DNA from: Mobula hypostoma
Taxonomy: Eukaryota
DNA: 64,000 nucleotides
Assembly (NCBI RefSeq): GCF_963921235.1
Contig: NC_086097.1
Coordinates: forward strand, 221,404,001-221,468,000
Direction: 5' to 3'
Below the pieces are notes generated by a model. It had not been told where the DNA came from. It did not search any database and saw nothing but the letters and a program-made list of their open reading frames with translations. Numbering within the stretch: the stretch's first letter is position 1; each line of letters begins with the position of its first letter. Shown here one piece after another: positions 54,095-64,000 of this stretch. The translations under genes and the position numbers were made by a program.

Positions 54095-55545
54095 AGTCAA
54101 AGTACAGAGTATATATGTATACCTTAAGATTTGGTTCCTTGTCGGTATTTATAGGAAAACAGAGAAATACAATAGCATTTATGAAAACTATACTTAAGCA
54201 AAGACTGACCATCAAACCATACGGCCATAAGATTTAGGAACAGAATTAGGCCATTCAGCCCATTGAGTCTGCTCTACCATTTCATCTCGGCATATCCATT
54301 TTCTCTCTCAGCCCAAATCTTTTGCCTTCTCCCCATTCCCCTTGTTGCTCTGACTCATCAAGAATCTATCAACCTCTGCTTTAAATCTACCCAATGACTT
54401 GGCTTCCACAGACACCCATGGCAATGAATTCCACAGAATATTCTCTGGTTAAAGAAACTCCTCAATTCCGTTCTATAAGGACCTTCCTTCTATTCTGAGG
54501 GTACGTCTTCTGGTCTTAGACTCCCCCATCATAGGAAACATCCTCACCATATCCACTCTATCGTGGACTTTCAACATTTGATAGGTTTCCGAATGCCAAA
54601 CAACCAACGTACAAAAGAAGACAAACTGTGCAAATAATGATAATAAAATGACCCTCCATGGAAGACTTCTCCACAATCTGAGCAGACCAGATGTTGACAA
54701 GGAAGCGTCGAACGCCTGGCTCAGAGTTGGAGACCTCTTCCCAGAAACAGAGGGGTTCCTTGTGGCAATACAGGACCAGGTGGTTAACTCAAAAAATTAT
54801 CAAAAATACTTAATGAAAGACCAACAAATTCAAGATGATAAATGCAGAAAATGTCAAGAGAAACTAGAAACAATCCAACACATTCCAGGATCCTGCAGCA
54901 GTTTATCTCAATCTGATTACTTACACAGGCACAATCAAGTGACAAACATCATTCACCAAACTCTTGCTTTGAAATATAAACTCATAAAGAACACCATATC
55001 TTATTATAAATACAAGTCTGATCCAGATTAGATTCAGAGTCCTGCAAATTATTTTATGATTGATCCATTATTGCAGATAGGATAATCCATATTAACCCTC
55101 TGATATAAGAGGATAAACAAACAAGAACAACTTACTTGCATTCAAAACACACATGACACAGAAATCAGTAAGGGAAAAGCACCAGAAATATACAGATTGT
55201 TATAGGATAATAACTGTTCCTGAATCTGGTGGTGTGGAACCTAAGGTTTCTGTACCTCCTGCCCAATGGTAGAAGCAAGAAAAGAGCACGGCCTGGATGT
55301 GGGGGTCCTTCATGATGGATGCTGCTTTCTTGTGGCAGAGCTCCATGTAAATATGCTCTGTGGTGGGGTGGGTTTTGCCTGTGATGGGCTAAGCTGTATT
55401 CATCATGTTTATAGACTTTTCCATTCCTGGTCATTGGTGATTCCATATCAGAGCATGCTGCAACCAGTTAGGGGACTCTGTAGTGCATCTATAGTTGTTC
55501 GTCAAAATTTTTGGTGATGTGCCAATTCTGCACAAATTTCTAACC
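54095..55545 (-). mobile_element. Rex1/Babar 3' end fragmented by a CR1 3' end (54218-54590, minus) and an R4-type fragment
   Basis: ORF 55165-55446 (HPGRALFLLLPLGRRYRNLRFHTTRFRNSYYP). Tail pieces at 54095-54215 and 54595-54640. Confidence 0.7.
54645..55195 (+). mobile_element. R4/Dong-clade (RLE-type) non-LTR retrotransposon C-terminal fragment
   Basis: LHGR…WL..GDLFPETEGFLVAIQDQV…KCRKCQEKLETIQHI..SC…YLHRHNQV..IIH: CCHC knuckle plus the RHN motif that precedes a restriction-like endonuclease. Confidence 0.8.
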
Positions 55546-56249
55546 AGCAATGCTGACAAATTCACAAAAATATCACGACTTTGTTATATCTGTTAAAGTG
55601 AATCCTCACAACCTAATGTCTTTTCATAACATCTACAAACTCATACACAAGGTAACTCTGCTTCCCTCCTCCTTTCTGTTTGCAAGTTGCTGCCTTACTC
55701 GCGTGTCTCTGCACTCTTTCTACCGCTCCACATGTCTCTCTTCTTCCTGTAGTGTATTTGTAACTGAGCTGTGCACACGTGATATACTTCACAAGATATG
55801 CTGCAAGACCAGTACCCAATGTGAAGCTTGTGGTGTCTTCCAAAAATTATAATACTCATCAGCTCAGCAAAACTGGCTTGCAGGCCATTCCAAATGTATT
55901 GCAAATGGAGACAAGGAGAGTCAAAGTAACCAATGAGTATTAGCTCCAGGAAAAGCGTGACTTGAATAAATGGTTGAAAGTCCTGCTGAACTTAGCTGAT
56001 TGAGTGCACTGGGCACATGGTCTCTGAACTCTTCAATAAGCAAAGAGAAAATGGCTTGGGATGAAGTTTTCCTGGTACTTAGTGACCTGTGCCAGCAACA
56101 ATAGTGTGTAAAAGACAGCCGGAGCTTGTAGTACCAAGGGAAATGTTGATAACGGGAGGATGAAACACACAGGAGAAAACAGATCAGCTTTGAGTACAAC
56201 AGTACGATTGTTTAGATGGGCAAGGGGACATCAGAGAAGCCCACCAGTG

Positions 56250-56870
56250 TATCAAAGGAGCCAGTTTGGCGACGGAGGAGCTGATGTGGCTGCAGACCGT
56301 GTTGCTGCCCGCTACTCAGAAGCATCAAAGTTGGTGCAGTATAGTCATGGGAGGTTATCTCGGACATTTCACTTGCGTTCGCAAGACTCTGTTGGACATT
56401 GGTAATGTAAGTTGCTGCAGGCCAGATACCATTGTTTGGTGGATGGACAGTCAACATGGGTGCTGTCTAGCCTGGGTTGTAGCGAGAACTAGGCCTCAAG
56501 CCGCGGGCCTGCCTGCTGCTGCAGACCAGGTGAGAGAGGCGGAAACACTACAGCCTGGTTGAGCTTGGCTGGGGCCTGGTCTGGTCTATCGGTGCTGGCC
56601 TCCTGTGTTCGAGTGGTGGAATGAAAGGCTAGATTGCGTGTGCCTGTACGCTGCCAGGAGACTGTACCATCAATTGTCATTCAGGATCTTGGACTATACA
56701 TATGATTTTTTTCTTGACCAGTGAATATGCTTCTTTGAATTTGTTACTTGCATTTTTTTGAATGTTTGCTTGCTATTTTGAATGTTTTGCCCCTTGGCTC
56801 CAGAGGAACACTGTCTTGTTCATCTGCATCTATGCATGGTTTGAATGACAATTAAACTTGATCTGATATG
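56250..56870 (+). mobile_element. Unclassified non-coding interspersed repeat (second copy of the 18990-19445 family)
   Basis: Shared internal blocks and tail atggtttgaatgacaattaaacttgatctga. Confidence 0.55.
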
Positions 56871-56999
56871 ATTTAATTTGATTTTTGATAACACTAGTTT
56901 GCATAGACAGGATGATTAGGTGGCCCAGGAGTCTATAATCAAGCATGACAGCATTTCACTATATAAAATGAGAAAGAAGATTTTTTTTACCGCTCACAA

Positions 57000-58640
57000 A
57001 ATTCTGAAAATCCAGGATCAGTCTCAGACAGTGAAGAAGCTGTACTGGAGTTTAAGGAGGTTGTTAAAGAGATTATCATTGAGACTTATGTTTTCTATTC
57101 CTGTAGTCCCACACAAAGCCAAAGAACACCTTTTCACAGTAATATAGAAGCTAGAGGATTATTTCAATCCAAAGCCATGTGAAACAACAGAGAACTACAA
57201 GTTTGGCACAAGGACTCGAAAATGGGAGAAACAGTCAGCATCTATCCTGCTGCATTTAAAGTATTTATCCAGACATTGCAACTTCTATGAATTCTTAAAT
57301 CATGTGCTGTGGAATAGATTTCCTTATGTGACTTAATTGATTGATGGACTCTGTCCAAAATATAAGACATGCAGAGTCTTATATTTGACCTAACTTGCAA
57401 TATAGCAAGCTTGACAGAAATAGCAGTGCAAAATGACAATCACTTTTCAGAAGGCCACAATGAAACCTCCATTCCTGAAATGAAGTTGGCATTGCGTAAT
57501 TGTGATGGTATGAATTTTTGTTCATAGATTTAATGAAAGGCTTGCAAATTCAAACCAACAGCAGTAATATCAAGGCAACTCTTTCACAGGCAGCAATGTT
57601 GTAGAACAGGGCATAAAAACAGAGAGTCTTCATAGTACTTAAACTGATTTAGAGAGAGTAGAACTACCCTGGCTATAGCTTTTTCAACACTAGTGGGGGG
57701 AGCTGCAATGGTAAGAAGTGCAAATAAATAACAGACAGCAGAAATTAATAGTTAAAAAAGTGCATCATTCTACCCAGAATAAACGGCTTATTTCATGGAA
57801 TTCCATCAGCTAGCTCCAGTGGAAATTAAAATGTATCTAAAAAAGTACTTGAGCAACACATACAAAGTGTTGGAGGAACTCAGCAGCTCAGGGGAGAAGA
57901 ATAAGCTATCAACATTTCAGCCGTGACCCCATATCAGGGCATTTCATTAGGGTCTTGATCCGAAACACCAACTGTTTATTCCTCTCCATAGATGCTGACT
58001 GATCTGCAGAGTTCCTATAGCACCCTGCTCCTACAGTTCCTACAGTTTTCCAGCATCTGCCCAATCTCATGTTTATAAAAGAACTTGGATGAGGTACTAA
58101 TGAGATGCAAAGGCATTATATGTAATGATAACCAACTTCCATAATTGTCAATAATTGTAGCTGAGTACAAGGGGAGACGTATATTACCTAGGAATGGCTC
58201 AGGTAGATAATCATCAATTTAAAAGATATGCTTGGAACTGATGCAGAAACTGTGAAATCACACAGGGGAACAAATGTAGAAATGTAGCATCCCTGGCTAT
58301 AAGGCAACAAACACATCAAGCTTCTGCCAAGCTGTATATTGTAAACCTCAACACATTAGCTAAAAGGAAAAGCTAGAGAGGAAAGCATCGTGTATTATGC
58401 AGCAACTTAAAAATGACCCACAACAAGGCGAGAAGTATTGTTGCCGGCATCCCAAGATTTTTAAGCAAATTTAGTGGAAGCCAAGTTCCTCACATTAGAT
58501 TTATTGTATAAATGCACTCAATCAAATGTGAATGAATGGAGTAACATTAGCTTAGAATAAACACACACAAGGATCCATACTTGACCATTGTCACCGGAGA
58601 TATTCTTGTTGACAATAGACAAGATCCAGAAAAGCAGAGA
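57000..58640 (+). mobile_element. Ancient Ty3/Gypsy LTR retrotransposon internal relic (gag and RT)
   Basis: KLEDYFNPKPCETTENYKFGTR, LKYLSRHCNFYEFLNHVLWNRF (gag); INTHK and GDILV (RT). No LTRs recognised. Confidence 0.6.
57851..58075. mobile_element. Inverted pair of Penelope-like terminal repeats (decayed)
   Basis: gcaacacatacaaagtgttggaggaactcagcag … agggtcttgatccgaaacaccaactg…ctccatagatgctg…ttccagcatctgc. Confidence 0.7.
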
Positions 58641-59086
58641 TCAATGGCCTTCACCCTGAGATATCCTTCTCCTTGTCACAACTATGAAACTCATGAGTGG
58701 ATGGTTCTGTTTTATCCATTTGAATAGGCATACATACATGTAGTGCTTTGAAGTCACAGCTGCAGAAGCACTCCAGTGCTTCTGAATAAAGTAAGAGGAA
58801 AGAATCAAGGGATTGAAAGAATAAGTTTGTTAAATGGCTTCGCTAGCACTGCTGGAAAGGGAAGTCCTGTTTGTGCTGACCCTGTTGTAGCCTCCTGGTA
58901 AAGGTATGGTAGTGACTTCAGTGTTACTCAGCTGGAGTTCTGAGCAGAGTGAGCAGCTGCTGAACATGGGTTGGCTCTGGGGTCCTCCCACATCCACTCC
59001 TTGGCGTAATATGACTGCTGAAAGAAATAGCCTGCAATTCCCTGTAGGGTAAATAAGATTTTAGGCCTGCCGGCATACATAGATTG

Positions 59087-59495
59087 GACATAGAACATAG
59101 AACATAGAAATCTACAGCACATTACAGGCCCTTCGGCCCACAATGTTGTGCCGACTATGTCACCTATTCGAGAAACTGCCTAGAGTTTCCCTAGTGCATA
59201 GCCCTCTACTTTTCTAAGTTCCATGCACCTATTAAGAGGTTCTTAAAAGACCCTATTGTATCCGCTTCCACCACCACCGCTGCCAGCCGTGCATTCCACG
59301 CACCCACCACTCTCTGTGTGAAAAACCTAACCCTGACATCCCCTCAGCACCTACTTCCAAGCAGCTTAAAACTGTGCCCTCTCGTGTTAGCCATTTCAGC
59401 CCAGGGAAAAAGCCTCTGACTATCCACACGATCAATGCCCCTCATCATTTTATACACTTCTATCAGGTCACCTCTCATCCTTCATCGCTCCAAGG
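59087..59495 (-). mobile_element. CR1 3' end
   Basis: (acataga)n tail; reversed FFT.RVVGAWN and RGHSFKL. Confidence 0.85.
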
Positions 59496-59499
59496 TATG

Positions 59500-59960
59500 C
59501 TTGGACTATTAGGAATGCCCCCTAAAGGTTTGTACTGGCATGTTGAGAGAATGTGCTCCTTTCCTGTTAGGGAATATTTCTTGGTTATGCACGGGACCTT
59601 GAACAGCCACACATGTGCAGTCTGAGGGCATCAGCACATTAGGAAAATCCGCAATGGTAGCAAATGCCTCTGCCTGGACTGTCTGTTGTTGCTGTGGAAT
59701 CATGCCCCCTTCTTGTTGCTCAAGCAGAAATACCTGAAGTCTGCTGGTTAGGGACAAAGAACATCATTGATAACACCAATCCCCACCCCCACCCCAACGT
59801 AGTAGTGAGAAGCAGGAGGTGAAGTGAGAGCAGCTACGACTGATTGTATGTCGTTTTGTAAGGTCACAGACTTCAGTGAGGAAGTGTAGCCTGCATAGAC
59901 ATTGCTCTTCCAAGAAGTCTGGGTAGCTCTCTGTAAACCCTGAGTGGCAGAACTCTTCAT
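59500..59960 (-). mobile_element. PIF/Harbinger transposase fossil (N-terminal half)
   Basis: EEQCLCRLHF..EVCDL and AFATIADFPNVLMPSDCTCVAVQGP..NQEIFPNRKGAHSLNM match the Harbinger motif IAGFPNV.GAIDCTH.AI.AP…Y.NRKG.HS.N.Q. Confidence 0.7.
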
Positions 59961-61461
59961 CATATTTAACTGGCAATTGGATGCGTATTGTGATCTGCTG
60001 AGCTACAGATTTCATCCTGAAAGGTAGATGTATAGCTTTTCATTGATCTTCACTGTCAAACGGGGTCCTTCGGTGTCATTATTATTCCATGACTCGGGGC
60101 TCTGAGACATTTTAAACCCACTGAGTAAAGAAGGTTCTCTTCTAGCCCTCGGTAGCTGACCTCTTGTCCATAAAACCATAAGCATAGGAGCAGAATTAGG
60201 CCACTCGGCCCATCAAGGCTGCTCCACCATTTATCATGGCTGATTTATGATCCCTCACAACCCCACTCTTTTGCATTCTGCCCGTAACCTGACTAATCAA
60301 GAACCTATCAACTTCCACCTTAAATATATCCAATGACTTGGCCTTCACAGTCATCTTTGGCAATGAATTCCACAGACGCACTACCTTCTGGCTAAAGAAA
60401 TTCCCCCTCATCTCTGTTTTAAATGGGCAACCCTGTATTCTGAGGCTGTGCCCTCTGGTCCTAGACTCCCCCACTATTGAGAACGTCCTCTCCACATTCA
60501 CTCTATCCAGGCCTTTCAATATTCAATAAGTTTCAATGAGATCCTTCCCCCTCATTCTTCTAAATTCCAGCAATTACAGGCCACAGACATCAAATGCTCC
60601 TCATTGTTAAAACTTTCATTCCCAGAATCATTCTTATGATCCTCTCCAATGCTAGCACATCTTTTCTTCAATAAGGGGCCCAATACTGCTCACAATACTC
60701 CAAGTACGGTCTGACCAATGCCTTATAAAGCCTCAGCATTACATCAATGCTCATATTCTAGTCCTCTTGAAATGAATGATAACATTGCATTTGCCTTCCT
60801 TACCACTAACTCAGCCTTCAAGTTAACTTTCAGGGAATCCTGCATAAGGAATCCCAAGTCCCTTTGCACCTTTAAATTTTGAATTTTCACCCCATTTATA
60901 AAATAGTCCACACCTTTATTCCTTCTTCTAAAGTGCATGACCATACATCTCCCAACATGATATTCCACCTGGCACCTCTTTGCCCATTCTCCCAATACAA
61001 GACCATAAGTCCATATAAGGAGAAGGACTTTGACAATAAGGGACTTCTAGGACTAGAGAGCACAACCCCAGAAAAGCGGGCATCCACTTAGAATGAAGTT
61101 GGGGGGAACTTGGAATTTGTTGCCACAGGTGGTTATGGAGGCCAGATCATTGGGTGTATTTAAGCCAGAGGTTGATAGAATCTTGATAAGTCAGGGCGTA
61201 AAAGACTACGGGGAGAAGGCAGGAGAAAGGGGTTGAGAGGGAAATGGATCAGCCATGATGAAATGGCCTAGCAGACCCGATGGGCCAAATGGCCTAATTC
61301 TGCTGCTATGTCTTATGGTCTATTCTTCGAATATATCTAAGCCTTTCTGCAGACTCCCTGCTTCCCCAACACTAACTGCCCCTCTACCTGTCTCCGTATT
61401 GTCTGCAAACTGAGGAACACAACTAGTCATTAGCAGCCAACCAGAGAAGCCCCCTTTACTC

Positions 61462-61527
61462 CCTCATATTAACACCTCATATTAACATATTAACCTCATA
61501 TTAACACCTCATATACCTCATATACCT
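61462..61527 (+). repeat. Irregular tandem repeat of cctcatattaaca at a Penelope insertion junction
   Basis: cctcatattaaca cctcatattaaca tattaa cctcatattaaca cctcatata cctcatata cctc. Confidence 0.85.
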
Positions 61528-61878
61528 CCCCCTCCCTTCCCCTATCCTATGTCACTCTGCCCCCTCCCCCAGCTGCCTACCACCTCCCTCATGGTCCCGC
61601 CTCCTTCTACTACCCATTGTGTTTTCCCCTATTCTTTCTTCACCTTTCCTGCCTATCACCTCCCTGCCTCCCTTCCCCCACCCCTTTATCTTTCCCCTTA
61701 CTGGTTTTTCACTTGGAACCTACCAGCCTTCTCCTTCCCACCCTCCCCCCACCTTCTTTATAGGGCCTCTGCCCCTTCCCTGTTCAGTCCTGACGAAGGC
61801 TTCCGGCCCGAAACGTCGACTCATCGTTTCCACGGATGCTGCCCGACCTGCTGAGTTCCTCCAGTGTGTTGTGAGTGT
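61527..61878 (+). mobile_element. Penelope-like 3' UTR and terminal repeat (same subfamily as 21099-21491)
   Basis: Closely matches the reverse complement of 21135-21480. Confidence 0.85.
61786..61821 (+). ncRNA. Minimal type I hammerhead ribozyme motif (core intact, stem II weakened)
   Basis: agtc-CTGACGA-a-GGC-ttccgg-CCC-GAAAC-GTC-gact. Confidence 0.65.
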
Positions 61879-61919
61879 CCTCTTTATTCCCACTCTCTCC
61901 CTCCAGACAGTCAGCAAAT

Positions 61920-62230
61920 CTTTTTTATTTTATTTAGGGATACAGCATTGGAACAGGTCCTTCCAGCCCAATAAGCCACACTTCCAGCAACCCATTGACT
62001 TAATCCTAGCCTAATCCAGGACAATTTTTCATGACCAATTAACCAACTAACCAGTATGTCTTTGGAATGTGGGAGGAAACGGAGCACTTGGAGGAAACCC
62101 ACGCGGTGCATGGGGAAAATGAACAAGCTCCTTACAGGGAACGCCAGAATTGAACTCCAAACTCCAACTCCAAACTCCGATGCCCTGAGCTATAATGGCG
62201 TTGTGCTAACTGCAACGTTGTCATGGTGCC
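61920..62230 (-). mobile_element. tRNA-derived V-SINE-like element
   Basis: gtctttggaatgtgggaggaaacggagcacttggaggaaacccacgcgg…gtgctaactgc. Confidence 0.75.
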
Positions 62231-63480
62231 CAAATGTTAACCAAAGGGTGTGTATGGGATTTGAACCTGGCTCCTCGCTCATTCTCAGCATTTAATCCCC
62301 AAAATGAGAATCACACTGCCTAGACCAATGAACCACAAGTATGGTTGCCATCCATTCAAGTATCTTTCCTGTAGTACCAGGGGTTCTTATCTTGTTAAGC
62401 AGCCTCATGAGTGGGACCTTGTCTAAGACCTTCTGAAAATCTAAGTCAACAACATCCAATGACTCTCCTTGGTCTGTTTGTTATTTCTTCATATAATTCT
62501 AGCAGATTTGTCAGAGAAGAACTCCCTTTTAGGAAAGCATGCTGACTTTGGCCTATTTTATTATGTGCCTCCAAGTACCCCAAAACCTCATCCTAAATAA
62601 TGGACTCTAACATCTTCCCAACTATTGAGGTTAGGCTAACTAGCCTATCATTTCTTTTCTACTGCCTCCCTACCTTCTTAAAGAGTGGAGCAAAATTCTC
62701 TGGACCCATTCCAGAATCTAGTGATTCTTTAAAGATCATTACTAATCATTCCACAATCTCTTCAGCTACCTCGTTCAAATCCCTGAGGTGTAGTCAATCT
62801 GGTCCACGCGATTTATCTACCTTCACGCCTTTCAGCTTCCCAAACGCCTTGTCCTTAGTTATGGCAACTACATTCACTTCTGCTGTGACACTCTCAGATT
62901 TCTGGCATACTGCCAGTGTCTTTCACAGTGAAGATTGATGCAAAATATTTACTAAATTCATCTGCCATTTCTTGTTTCCCCATTCCTTACTACCTCTCCA
63001 GTATCATTTTCCAGCGGTCTGATATCCACTTTCCCTCTCTTTTACTCTTTACATATCTGAAAAATCTTTTGATATCCTCTGAAATTATTAGTTAGCTCAC
63101 TTTCATATATCATCTTTTCTGTCCTGTGGCTTTTATAGTTACCTTCTGTTGGTTTTTAAAAGCTTCCCAATCCCCTAATTTCTCACTATTTACTATAATA
63201 TATGCCATCTCTTTCACTTTTATGCTGTCCTTGGGTTCTCTTGTCAGCCACGGTTACCTCATCCTCCCATTAGAATACTTCTTTATCTTTGTGATGTATC
63301 TACTCTGCGTTTTCTGAATTGCTCCCAGAAACTCCAGCCATTGCTATTCTGCTGCCATTCCTGCTGTTGCCCCTTACAATCAACTTTGGTCAGCTCCTGT
63401 AATTCCCTTTACTTCATTGTAATACCAATAATCTAACTTTAGCTTCTCCCTCTCAAACTGCAGGGTGAATTCTGTCATAT

Positions 63481-63618
63481 CAACATGCACAACACGCTGG
63501 AGGAACTCAGCAGGTCGGGCAGCATCCGTGGAAATGAACAGTCAACGTTTCAGGCCCAGACCCTTTGACAGGACTGAAGAGGGAGGGGGCAGGGGCCCTA
63601 TAAAGAAGGTGGGGGGAG
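63481..63618 (-). mobile_element. Penelope-like terminal repeat with degenerate 14-bp TSD; hammerhead core mutated
   Basis: Flanks gaattctgtcatat / gaattctatcgtat. Minus cagtc-CTGTCAA-agggtctgggcct-GAAACGTT-gactg. Confidence 0.8.
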
Positions 63619-64000
63619 GAATTCTATCGTATTATTATGATTAACTTCTAAGTGTTTCTTTGCCTTAAGGTCTTTAATCGCATCTGGTTCATAACACAAT
63701 CCAAAATTACCTTTTCCCTAGTAGGCTCAACTGCAGGCTATTCTAAAAAGCCACCTCTTACGCATTCTACAAATTCCTTCACTTGGTATCTAGGACCAAC
63801 CTGGTCTTCCCAATCTATCTGCATATTGAAATCCCTCGTGACTATTGTAACATTGCCCTTTTTACATGTATTTTCTATCTCCCATTGTAATTTGTACCTC
63901 GTATCCTGGCTACAGTTCAGAGGGCTGTATATAATGCTCATTAGGGTCTTTTTACCCTTGCAGTTCCTTAGCTCTACCCACAACTATACAAAATCTTCCG

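Larger units (their letters stand above)
60170..64000 (-). mobile_element. CR1 LINE remnant (pieces 60170-61000, 61325-61460, 62370-64000) with nested CR1(+) 61000-61325, Penelope repeats and a SINE
   Basis: WVELRNCKGKKTL, GEWAKRCQVEYHVGRC.VMHF, FKTEMRGNFFSQKVVRLWNSLP, collinear on the minus strand. Confidence 0.85.

Noticed and set aside
55550..56240. Possible LTR and primer-binding site for the Gypsy relic
   Set aside because: No second LTR copy and no clear TG..CA termini found.
58763..58784. Perfect 10-bp inverted repeat cagaagcact-cc-agtgcttctg
   Set aside because: One such palindrome is not unexpected by chance in 64 kb, and there is no supporting context.

Overview
Eukaryotic (vertebrate) genomic DNA. 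The repeat complement (CR1, Rex1/Babar, Penelope-like, RTE, V-SINE/DeuSINE) suggests a cartilaginous fish, but this is inference. The only host gene I can support is an eyes-absent gene, most like EYA1, on the minus strand. Three Eya-domain coding exons are present (6117-6059, 5953-5793, 1820-1706), none called correctly by the ORF track, and one intron has a non-canonical GC donor. I found no further upstream exon, so 6118-64000 appears to be part of a single intron of at least 57.9 kb. That intron is saturated with nested transposon relics: CR1, Rex1/Babar, RTE, L2, an R4/Dong-type fragment, two Penelope-like families, Gypsy, Tigger, Tc1, two hAT families, Harbinger fossils and SINEs. Several AT-rich, repeat-free islands lie between them and are candidate enhancers. 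The most striking hidden structure is a series of minimal hammerhead-ribozyme motifs (CUGANGA..GAAACGUC) in the Penelope terminal repeats. Three keep an intact core, and two of these lie in the sense orientation of the EYA1 pre-mRNA. Repeat boundaries without a stated TSD or TIR are approximate.
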